Part shown: positions 20,131-28,781 of the stretch, in pieces
How positions within the stretch are numbered: position 1 is the stretch's first letter
Layout of the letters: each line of letters starts with the position of its first letter
NCBI GenBank assembly: GCA_036170915.1
Contig: JAVHQC010000035.1
Location: forward strand, 264,234 to 328,233
Direction of reading: 5' to 3'
Source: Cyanobacteria bacterium auto_48_18
GTDB taxonomy: Bacteria > Cyanobacteriota > Vampirovibrionia > Obscuribacterales > Obscuribacteraceae
DNA length: 64,000 nt
Translations under genes and position numbers: made by a program
The notes under the pieces: model-generated
What the model was told of the DNA's origin: nothing
Seen by the model: the letters and a program-made list of their open reading frames with translations, nothing else
Database searches by the model: none

Positions 20131-20151
20131 GGTGAAGATCTGGTGAAGATC
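20131..20151. promoter_or_regulatory. Perfect 10-bp direct repeat GGTGAAGATC-t-GGTGAAGATC, candidate OmpR-family operator
   Basis: 11-bp period, about 45 bp upstream of the response regulator ATG; a TAAACT -10-like hexamer lies between them on the minus strand. Confidence 0.65.
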
Positions 20152-20227
20152 GACATTATGGATGTCTTTAATTTGATTCTCGAGACTGCAAATTCACTAA
20201 AACATGCACACCTCGAACCTAGCAAAC

Positions 20228-21340
20228 TCAGATACGGCCTTCGTCCGGTCGTCTAAAAGTAGATACCGGAGCAGCAACTGGCGCAGAAACCGGTTGAAGT
20301 TCTGGTTGAGCTTCGGGGGCAGGTGCAACTACCGGAGCTACTGGAGCTACTGGAATTACTGGTGTTATTGGAGCTTTTGGTACCAGAAGCAGTTTACCAT
20401 CACCGGCGATACCACCACCAGAAACATTTAAACCGGCCATGCGGAAAGCATGATCGCGTCTATCTAAGCGACTAAAATCAATCAGCGGGTTGAGTAGTTC
20501 TTGAGCGAATCGAGCAAACTTCTCCGGCTCTACAATATCTGGGCCTTCAACCTGCAAGTCTTGCAAAATAATCTTACTGTCGCCCACGAGCTCAGGGCGG
20601 GCAGTAATCTTAATAGGTACGCCAGATTCAATAGTGCCGCCCTTGGTGACAAGCACTGCTTCTAAAATAATTTTGTCGCCTACAATTTGCACTTTAGGAT
20701 TAAGCGGTTCAAGCTGCTCTCCACCCAGGCCGGGCAAGTCTAACTTCAGACCACTGAGTGACGCGGTTAAGCGAGGGCTCTTAAGCGACTGAGCCAATTG
20801 CTCTTGATTTATGTTAGCGCTAATAAGCATCATAGTTGGTGCCTTAAAACCAGGGCGCTCGCCATTTTTCTTATTTCGATAATTGACCCAAATCGGATTC
20901 TGCGAAGCCATTTTCACCTGACCAAGCTTCATGCCTTTCATCTCAGGATCATCTACTTGCACTGCCACAGATTTGACTTTACCGGCAATTAAATCAGTCA
21001 GGCTGTACGTTTTGACTTTTACTTTGACCTTGCCACCAGTTTTTTTGCGCACTGCAGCTTTGGCCACCTGGCTAGCCACCACTTCAGTGACAAAGTTGAT
21101 ACCGGTAACGGTTTGCAGGGTGCGAGAAAACTTTGAGCCGATTTTAAAAGTAGGTTTTGGTGTGGCTGTCTTAATTTCAGGCCTCTCAGCATGAATCAGT
21201 GAGTTTGCTGAATCTGCTGACTTTCCTGAATCAGCTGACTTGGCCGATGCGTCTAAAGCTGCCTGCTCGGCCTGAGCACTGGGCATCATGGCCAAAAGTG
21301 TGAGAGCAATTAAAATTTTGATGTTAGTTGATTTCGGCAA
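20228..21340 (-). CDS. LmeA/DUF2993-like exported phospholipid-binding protein
   Basis: Signal peptide ending AQA; DLIAGKVKSV-x-V pattern; Pro/Val/Ala-rich tail. Confidence 0.6.
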   Translation of the reverse strand: MPKSTNIKILIALTLLAMMPSAQAEQAALDASAKSADSGKSADSANSLIHAERPEIKTATPKPTFKIGSKFSRTLQTVTGINFVTEVVASQVAKAAVRKKTGGKVKVKVKTYSLTDLIAGKVKSVAVQVDDPEMKGMKLGQVKMASQNPIWVNYRNKKNGERPGFKAPTMMLISANINQEQLAQSLKSPRLTASLSGLKLDLPGLGGEQLEPLNPKVQIVGDKIILEAVLVTKGGTIESGVPIKITARPELVGDSKIILQDLQVEGPDIVEPEKFARFAQELLNPLIDFSRLDRRDHAFRMAGLNVSGGGIAGDGKLLLVPKAPITPVIPVAPVAPVVAPAPEAQPELQPVSAPVAAPVSTFRRPDEGRI

Positions 21341-21432
21341 AATGTCACCAACAGGCAGAAACAGGCGTGTTTATATCTACGCCACCGGCTGCACTATAGC
21401 AAAACCGCAAAACCATTACCAAGAGGAAGATT

Positions 21433-22305
21433 TTAAAGGTTGTGTGGCGGCTGAGGTTGCTGCGGCTGTTGTGGCGGTTGCGGCGGATTCATTTTATTCT
21501 GCAAAGCATCTTTGAGCATTTCGTTCTGGCGCAAGAGCGCCTTCAAGTGTTCATTGGCTATAGCCAACTCAGCCTGCAGCTCAGCTACAGTTTGCTCGTG
21601 CGAGACACCAGTCACAGGGTCACGTCCGGGCATCTTAGGCAGCAGCACATAACCCAATTGAACAGCCTTCAATGCCGCCGCAGTTCGCGTAGGCACTTTG
21701 AGCTTGGCCAGAATGCACTCAATATGTTTTTCTACTGTGCGCAGCTTCATGTCGAGCTCTTCGGCAATTTCTTTGTTGCGCAAATCAAGACGAATCAGCA
21801 CTTCAATCTCTCTATCGGTGAGATTGCAGTTAGGCATATTTGTAGTCGGGGCTTGCTTAACCAGTTGCGTAATCTTGGGATCGCAATAAGGCAAACCACG
21901 TGTAATTTGTTCGATAGCTTCAAAGAGTGTGCGCGGTCCTGAGCTCTTGAGGCAAAATCCGCGGGCGCCGGCGCGCATCAGTTGATTGTGATATTTAGTG
22001 GCATGGTAAGAATCGGTCAGTACCAGCACATTGGCATTAGGCAGTTCCATGCTGACTCTGCGGCATACTTCCACGCCATTGAGAACGTCCAGATCAACAT
22101 CGAGAATGACAAAATCTGGCCTTAATCTGCGAATCATTTCAGTGGCGGCCATACCATCGGCAGCCTCACCGACAATCTCTACAACTTCAGAAACTACTCG
22201 TTTGAGACCAAAACGAATTAATTCGTGTCTCTCACAGAGCACTGTTCGAGGCCGAAAAATTGAGGGTCTTTGCGTTGAATCCAAGAGTGTCTCCCGTCTA
22301 TCCAT
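21433..22305 (-). CDS. NarL/LuxR-family response regulator with atypical acidic pocket and Pro/Gln-rich tail
   Basis: Receiver VGEAADG...ILDVDL...NGVE...K; HTH LTDREIEVL...NKEIAEEL...TVEKHI. Confidence 0.88.
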   Translation of the reverse strand: MDRRETLLDSTQRPSIFRPRTVLCERHELIRFGLKRVVSEVVEIVGEAADGMAATEMIRRLRPDFVILDVDLDVLNGVEVCRRVSMELPNANVLVLTDSYHATKYHNQLMRAGARGFCLKSSGPRTLFEAIEQITRGLPYCDPKITQLVKQAPTTNMPNCNLTDREIEVLIRLDLRNKEIAEELDMKLRTVEKHIECILAKLKVPTRTAAALKAVQLGYVLLPKMPGRDPVTGVSHEQTVAELQAELAIANEHLKALLRQNEMLKDALQNKMNPPQPPQQPQQPQPPHNL

Positions 22306-22832
22306 CTGCCCTTTGAGAACTCCATGGCTTCGCCTATTGCAGCTCGGAATTATTGTAACAGCGTGGGCAGTCCTGTCACCATCAGGGCAGTAACTTCTTT
22401 ATATACCCTATATTCTCTACGATCTAATCCTTTACTCATTTGAACGAACCCTGAGCCCCTGGGCCTTTGCGGGCGGATGGAGAAACTCACTCCACAACTA
22501 TCAATGATGAAAAGGGGCATTATCAGACGCCACCAGCGATAACGCGCAAACACACCGCATATTCAGCATATATCATCTGCAACATACTTCTGCCGGACGA
22601 GCAGAATTTTGTCTTCGCCAGCAAAATAATCTATATGGGCGCTCAAGAGATAAACTAGTAGTATCTTTCTGCTTCGCGCTAGCTAAAGCAGCTGTGTTTG
22701 GGGGAATCTTACGAGAAGCATGGGAAAAATCCCAGTAGCAGGCTATTCTTTAAATGGTTAAGCTGACCTCATAATATTTATTCCAGGCACTGATAAATGG
22801 CCACAGACCGGCGTTCTTGAATTTTCAAAGAA

Positions 22833-24941
22833 GTGATGACAACTACAGGATTTAAAATCGAAAAAAAATTTCGCGACCTGGTAATTACAACTGGCCTTGT
22901 ATTTTCCATCGCCCCTATTGTCTCGCTGACAACAGCCGCCCCCGCCCAGGCCACCAAACTCAACGCCGCACCGCTTCCCCATCGTGGAGAAGCTAATTCT
23001 GACAACCAGAATAATTGGGGCAGGCCTACCAAAAACTTTTCACAGTCGCCCGAGCGCACAGCCTTGCCTCCATCTATGTGGGAGGGAAGGCGACCTGATT
23101 ATCGCGATGAAGAAAAGCGTAAAAAACTGGAAGAAGCTGCCAATGCCGTCAAAGCAGCTGCAGAAGCGAAAAAAGCACAAGAAGCTGTCAGGCGTGCAGA
23201 ACTTGACCGCATTAATGCCGGCAAGCAATATCAACAAACCGCCATCGATGCCAATAATCGAGGTGTGGCTCTTGGCCGTCAGGGTCGCATGAATGAAGCG
23301 ATTGCGCAGCATGAGCTGGCTTGCAAATATGATCCCGGCAACAAGATGTTTCGCACTAACCTGACCAGCGCCCGCACCATTTATGGTCAGCAGCGCATGG
23401 CGCAAAAGGATTATACGGGAGCCGCTCACCTTTTTCGCAAAGCACTGACCGCCGCTCAAGACAATTCGCTGGCGGCAAAATTATTGAATGAATCAATTCA
23501 AAAAACCGGCCTTGATCCCACACTTTCTGATAATCGTGTGGGAATAGGCGATCAGTTAGCGGCATCAGGTGATCTTGATGGCGCCATGATTGAGTATCAG
23601 CAAGCCATGCAGCTTGACCCCAGCGCCCGAACCTACGTCAAAATGGGCGATATGATGTTGCGTTATGGCCAGGCACCAAATGCTTTAAGCTGGTATCGCA
23701 ACGCTGTGGTTAAAGATACAAACTATGGCCCGGCTCACAGGCAGCTCGGCATGATGTATATGATGCAGAAAGATTATGCCTCCGCGGCAGCGTCTTTGCG
23801 AAAAGCGGTAATTCTTGATTCGAAAGATGCGGCAGCTGGTCAGGCTTTAATTGATATCTGGCGCAAACAGGTCTCTATCAATCCTGAGCTGGCTGAAAAT
23901 CACCTTGGCCTGGCTGGTGCCTTTCAGCTCACAGGCGATTTTCAATCGGCCGCCGGTGAATATTTGCAAGTTGAACAGCTTGACCCGGGCAACGCAAGAC
24001 TGGCTCCAGGGCGAGAAAGTTTGCAGAGGGCAATGAAGCATACAACAGCCGAAAAACACCGAGCTGCTGCCGAAGTATTTATCAGTCAGGGTCTGGCCCG
24101 CGACGCTCTGGCTGAAATTAGTCAGGCTGTCACTGTCGAACCGCGCAATGCCCGCTATCAATTTTTAATGGGCGAAGCATTAGAAAGCGGCGGAGATGTT
24201 CAAGGGGCATTGCGAGCCTATCACACTTCAGTTTTGATCGACCCTGAAAACAACCAGGAAGCAGCAGCAAGAATGCGCGATTTGCAATCAAAGATCAATG
24301 CTGGTGCCGGTTCTAACAATAGTAATGCTGGCGCCAACAACCCAGCTAATAAAAGAAGTGCTCGCACTCTTTATGAAGGCGTGCCGCCTCAATCTAATAG
24401 TAATGCTAGTGGCGGTGGTGGTGGCGCAGCAATAAGAGAAGCCAGGCAAGAAACACCGTTTACCGGCAGCTTCCGCACTCACGACGAGTCCGGAAACCCT
24501 GTACAGATGACTAATCCAGGTGTAGGTGCCGGCGCAGGTCAGCGAACCGAAAACGCAGTCCCTCAATCATCTCCACCACCACAAGCCCGTGCTGAGAGGC
24601 CGGCCCCTGCCAATGATAAACAGACTCGCGACAGCCAAACTACAGCTACGCTTAAAGCCTGCGATGAAATGGAAATGCGCCGAGATTTTCAGGGCGCTGC
24701 CAATTTATTGCGAGAAGCACTCTCCAATAATTTGCAAAATGCTGACATTCACCACCGCCTCGGTCTGAATTTACTCAGTTCAGGTCAACTTTCCGAGTCT
24801 GTCTCTGAGCTGCGCATTGCCAGCGCGCTTTCGCCCAGCAACAAAGTATTTGTGGCTGACCTGGCTAGAGCACTGAATATACACAAACGTTCTCTTTCAT
24901 CTGATTCAGATCACGTGCAAGGAGCCAATCCCGCTCAATGA
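22833..24941 (+). CDS. Exported multi-TPR protein
   Basis: Signal-like segment ending APAQA; many TPR units (e.g. AHRQLGMMY, NHLGLAGAF, IHHRLGLNL); stop overlaps the next start (ATGA). Confidence 0.85.
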   Translation: MMTTTGFKIEKKFRDLVITTGLVFSIAPIVSLTTAAPAQATKLNAAPLPHRGEANSDNQNNWGRPTKNFSQSPERTALPPSMWEGRRPDYRDEEKRKKLEEAANAVKAAAEAKKAQEAVRRAELDRINAGKQYQQTAIDANNRGVALGRQGRMNEAIAQHELACKYDPGNKMFRTNLTSARTIYGQQRMAQKDYTGAAHLFRKALTAAQDNSLAAKLLNESIQKTGLDPTLSDNRVGIGDQLAASGDLDGAMIEYQQAMQLDPSARTYVKMGDMMLRYGQAPNALSWYRNAVVKDTNYGPAHRQLGMMYMMQKDYASAAASLRKAVILDSKDAAAGQALIDIWRKQVSINPELAENHLGLAGAFQLTGDFQSAAGEYLQVEQLDPGNARLAPGRESLQRAMKHTTAEKHRAAAEVFISQGLARDALAEISQAVTVEPRNARYQFLMGEALESGGDVQGALRAYHTSVLIDPENNQEAAARMRDLQSKINAGAGSNNSNAGANNPANKRSARTLYEGVPPQSNSNASGGGGGAAIREARQETPFTGSFRTHDESGNPVQMTNPGVGAGAGQRTENAVPQSSPPPQARAERPAPANDKQTRDSQTTATLKACDEMEMRRDFQGAANLLREALSNNLQNADIHHRLGLNLLSSGQLSESVSELRIASALSPSNKVFVADLARALNIHKRSLSSDSDHVQGANPAQ

Positions 24942-27900
24942 GTTTTTATTTTCAGGCACCAGACTTAGCTGAATTTCCACGTCGCTCTTACAGGCGTTTC
25001 CTGGAAGAAACCATCGGCAATTTATTTTCCGAAATTTCGCCTGTAGCGAGTGAATATTCCGCTCGCTTCGAACTCACTTTCATTGGCCCAGACGGTAAAG
25101 TGCACTGGCGTTTTGAAGATTATGCGCCTGATTCGGGCTATCCGACGTCGCCTGAACAAGCTCGCAAATCAAACATGACGCACTCTAAACGCATGATGAT
25201 GGAAGTGTGGTTGCGCGATACCTTGACCGGCGAATTGCGCAAATCAACCGCTTACGTAACCGACGTACCGGTGATTACAGACCGTGGTACTTTTGTTATT
25301 AACGGCTCTGAGCGCGTGGTGTTAGGTCAACTGGTGCGCGCCCCGGGCGTCTATTTCAGCCAGGGTGGTCAGACCAGCTACAAAGCGCTTTTGCTGGCAG
25401 AAATGGGTGCACCCATTGCTTTTGAATTAGAACTCGACGCTAGCGGTGGCAAAACCAGCCGGGCAAAATGCCGCATCAAATTACCTAAAAGAAGTTGGGT
25501 AGCTGCCACCACAGTACTAGCGGCGATGGGCGTCGACGCCCAAGATTTGCAAAAACGCATCGGTAGTTTGCTCGAACGCAATCGCATCGACTTTAAACCA
25601 TTAACTCAAACTGAAGCATTAGCCGTTGTTGGCCGCTCGTGGAAACCTGATGGTGGTGGTGGCGCATCTGGTGGCGCTACTGCCCTGAAAGAATTGACTG
25701 ACAGGCGCCGCTATTCCCTGGGCACTCTCGGTCGCAAACGTGTCAACGCCAAACTAGGTATTGAAGAACTATCACAGCAACTGAGTGCCGACGACATTCT
25801 GGCAGCAGTGGAATATTTACTCGGCTTACCGCTGGACATGGGCCGCACCGATAATATCGACAGTTTAGAAAATCGCCACTTGCGTGGTGTAGGCGAAACT
25901 CTCACAAAGGCTGTGAGGCCAGCACTCGGCCAAATGACCCGCTCTATTCGCACGCGCCTTGAGATGAATGAAGATGAAGAAATAGGCTCACCTAACGAGT
26001 TGCTCGATATTCGCCCCTTCTCAAATGCGCTCAATAAATATTTTGTCGGCAACCCTCTGGTACAGTATCTCGACCAACAAAACCCGCTCTCAGAGCTATC
26101 TCACAGGCGCAGAATCACGTCATTCGGACCAGGTGGTATCGACCCCAATGCAGCACCTGTAGAAATGCGCGACGTGCACCCGTCTCAAATTGGTCGCGTT
26201 TGCCTGGTAGAGTCTCCCGAAGGTAAGAATTGCGGCATGGTCTCTTATATGGCCACTTACTGCCGTATTGACGACGACGGTTTCATGACTGTGCCCTATA
26301 GAAAAGTATTCAATGGCCTGGTATCAGATGAGGTGCAATTCCTCACCCCAGCTGATGACAAACGCTTTACTCTGGCACCACCTGATACCAAGGTGGTTGA
26401 AAACAAAATTTCAGGTCCGATGGTGGCGGCCAGGCGGGGCGAGAACTTCATTGAAGTAACACCCGAAGAAGTAGACATGATCGGTATTGCCCCGCAAGGC
26501 TTCATATCGGTAGGCTCCGGGCTGATTCCTTTCTTAGAACACGACGACGCCAACCGCGCCCTCATGGGTGGTGGCATGATGCGCCAAACTCTGCCTCTGA
26601 TTCGGCCAGAGCGGCCGCGAGTAGGCACAGGTATGGAGCGTATCGTTGCTCGCTCCAGCGGACATTCCATTATTGCCAGACGAGCAGGAACGGTGACGAA
26701 AGTAACCGGCCGAGAAATTGTGGTGGCACAGTCGTCCGGCGAATCACGTTCTTATAATTTGACTAGATTTGATCGCACCAATCAGAACACCATTTTAGAC
26801 CAGAGACCGTCGGTGCAGGTAGGACAGCAGGTAGAAACAGGTCAAATTATTGCTGACGGACCAGCCATTGACTCTGGCGAACTGGCTCTGGGACGCAATC
26901 TATTGATTGCTTTCATGCCCTGGTATGGCTATAACTTTGAAGACGCTATTGTGGTGCGTGAGGGCCTGGTAAAAGATCAAAAACTAACCCACATTGAAAT
27001 TGAGAAACATTCTTGCGGCGTGCACCAAACTTTGCGTGGCCCAGAAATTCTTACCCCTGAACTGCCTAACGTCACAGCTAAAGATCTTGAGCACCTGGAT
27101 GACCGCGGCATCGCGAAAATCGGCTGTTATGTGAATCCTGGCGATATTCTTGTGGCAAAATTATCACCTAAAGAGGCTAAAGCTCTTTCAGCTGAAGAAG
27201 AATTGCTGCAAGCAATTTTCGGCAAAGTGGCTGAAGAAATGGGTGATACCAGTTTGCGTGTGCCGCACGGCTCAGGTGGCCGAGTGATTGACGTGCGCAT
27301 TTTCACACCAGAGACCACCCCTGAACTGAAGGCCGGTATCATCTGCGATATCGAAGTCTTAATCGCCCGCATGTGCCCTGTTGAAGTGGGCGACAAATTA
27401 GCTGGACGCCACGGCAATAAAGGTATTGTTTCAATTATCGTGCCCGATTGCGACATGCCCTTCATGCCCGACGGTACGCCTGTAGATATCTGTCTAAACG
27501 CCCTCGGTGTTCCCAGCCGTATGAATGTAGGCCAGGTTTTCGATACTCAACTTGGATATTACGCCAGCATTCTCAACCGCTACTACCGCATTCACCAGTT
27601 TGACGAATCGATTGCACCAGATGCATCATTCAGACTGGTTACAGACGCTCTTAAAGAAGTGCGCAAAGTGCCAGGCTATGAATGGATGGGTGAAGACGGC
27701 AAAGTAGTCTTGACTGACGGCCGCACTGGCGAGAGATTTGACCGCCCTGTGCTGGTAGGTCGGCAGTATATGCTCAAATTAAATCAGCTGGTTCTGCACA
27801 AAATTAATGCTCGCTCTGGTTTGGGTGGCCCGTATGCCGCAGTCACACAGCAACCGGTGGGCGGAAAAGCCAATCATGGCGGCCAGCGTATGGGAGAAAT

Positions 27901-28771
27901 GGAAGTCTGGGGCATTCAAGCCTATGGCGCGGCCAATATTCTGCACGAAATGATGACCATTAAGGCTGACGACATTCAAGGCAGGCACCAGTCATATGCT
28001 GACATGGTGCAAGGCAACCCACTTACGCCAGGTGGTCGCACAGCCGCTTTTGACGGTCTCTGCTGCGAAATTCGCGGCCTTGGCATGGAGATGACCCTGG
28101 GCAAGGTAATTGACTCCTTCGAACCCATTGAAGACCGCTCCTGCGCAGTACCAAATGGGACTTCTACGAAAACTCTGGAAGAGAAATATCAGGTCTCATC
28201 AGTACAGCAAATGGAGAATAACGAAGGCCAGAAAGTGCTGGAGATCCCTGCTGGGGACTTCGTTCCGGTCTCCAAGCCACCCGCCTTACCGATCATAACT
28301 TCGATGACTAGCGGAAAACACGGTGGGAAACCACGTATTGAAATGTCCCAGGAACCGTTGTTTGATGACATAGACGAAAGCGCGCAGGCGCCAGGTGATT
28401 CTTCCGCCACCGACGATTTCATCGAAAGGCTATTAAGAGAAGAAGAAGAGGAAGAGCGAAAAGCAAAGGAAACCAAAGACGGTCCGGCAAACTATCTGGC
28501 AGAAGTTCTCACCAGGGAATTAGGTGCGCAATCACCACTCAAAACTTTCCCCTCACTGAGCGAACTGTCCACACTAGCCCAACAGCTGGTGCTTGTTTCT
28601 CAAAAAGATAGCCACCCGCAAACTAATCTAGACGACCAAATCAGCGAACTTAGCGAATTCACAGAGCTAAGCGGCTACTTCAAAAAAGCAGCACAAAAAA
28701 CCACAAGTTCAACTTCAACCTTAAATACAACTGAATCGCAAGCGATTCACCAAGAAGACGACTCAAGTTAA
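24938..28771 (+). CDS. rpoB: Divergent orphan DNA-directed RNA polymerase beta subunit homolog (probable RpoB paralog) with acidic C-terminal extension
   Basis: GTFVINGSERV, DQQNPLSELSHRRR, EHDDANRALM, GYNFEDA, GDKLAGRHGNKG, GVPSRMNVGQ and GGQRMGEME motifs in canonical order; no rpoC adjacent. Confidence 0.92.
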   Translation: MSFYFQAPDLAEFPRRSYRRFLEETIGNLFSEISPVASEYSARFELTFIGPDGKVHWRFEDYAPDSGYPTSPEQARKSNMTHSKRMMMEVWLRDTLTGELRKSTAYVTDVPVITDRGTFVINGSERVVLGQLVRAPGVYFSQGGQTSYKALLLAEMGAPIAFELELDASGGKTSRAKCRIKLPKRSWVAATTVLAAMGVDAQDLQKRIGSLLERNRIDFKPLTQTEALAVVGRSWKPDGGGGASGGATALKELTDRRRYSLGTLGRKRVNAKLGIEELSQQLSADDILAAVEYLLGLPLDMGRTDNIDSLENRHLRGVGETLTKAVRPALGQMTRSIRTRLEMNEDEEIGSPNELLDIRPFSNALNKYFVGNPLVQYLDQQNPLSELSHRRRITSFGPGGIDPNAAPVEMRDVHPSQIGRVCLVESPEGKNCGMVSYMATYCRIDDDGFMTVPYRKVFNGLVSDEVQFLTPADDKRFTLAPPDTKVVENKISGPMVAARRGENFIEVTPEEVDMIGIAPQGFISVGSGLIPFLEHDDANRALMGGGMMRQTLPLIRPERPRVGTGMERIVARSSGHSIIARRAGTVTKVTGREIVVAQSSGESRSYNLTRFDRTNQNTILDQRPSVQVGQQVETGQIIADGPAIDSGELALGRNLLIAFMPWYGYNFEDAIVVREGLVKDQKLTHIEIEKHSCGVHQTLRGPEILTPELPNVTAKDLEHLDDRGIAKIGCYVNPGDILVAKLSPKEAKALSAEEELLQAIFGKVAEEMGDTSLRVPHGSGGRVIDVRIFTPETTPELKAGIICDIEVLIARMCPVEVGDKLAGRHGNKGIVSIIVPDCDMPFMPDGTPVDICLNALGVPSRMNVGQVFDTQLGYYASILNRYYRIHQFDESIAPDASFRLVTDALKEVRKVPGYEWMGEDGKVVLTDGRTGERFDRPVLVGRQYMLKLNQLVLHKINARSGLGGPYAAVTQQPVGGKANHGGQRMGEMEVWGIQAYGAANILHEMMTIKADDIQGRHQSYADMVQGNPLTPGGRTAAFDGLCCEIRGLGMEMTLGKVIDSFEPIEDRSCAVPNGTSTKTLEEKYQVSSVQQMENNEGQKVLEIPAGDFVPVSKPPALPIITSMTSGKHGGKPRIEMSQEPLFDDIDESAQAPGDSSATDDFIERLLREEEEEERKAKETKDGPANYLAEVLTRELGAQSPLKTFPSLSELSTLAQQLVLVSQKDSHPQTNLDDQISELSEFTELSGYFKKAAQKTTSSTSTLNTTESQAIHQEDDSS

Positions 28772-28781
28772 ATAGAGCAGG

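Noticed and set aside
20329..20380. 9-bp tandem repeats (ACTGGAGCT-like)
   Set aside because: Encode the PVA/PVI low-complexity tail of the LmeA-like protein
21442..21942. 166-aa plus-strand ORF and the many other short ORFs overlapping real genes
   Set aside because: Antisense or alternate-frame shadows of well-supported CDSs with no recognisable motifs
28100..28771. RpoB tail as a fused or frameshifted rpoC
   Set aside because: No beta' motifs (Zn-finger, NADFDGD) in this frame or in the overlapping ORFs listed
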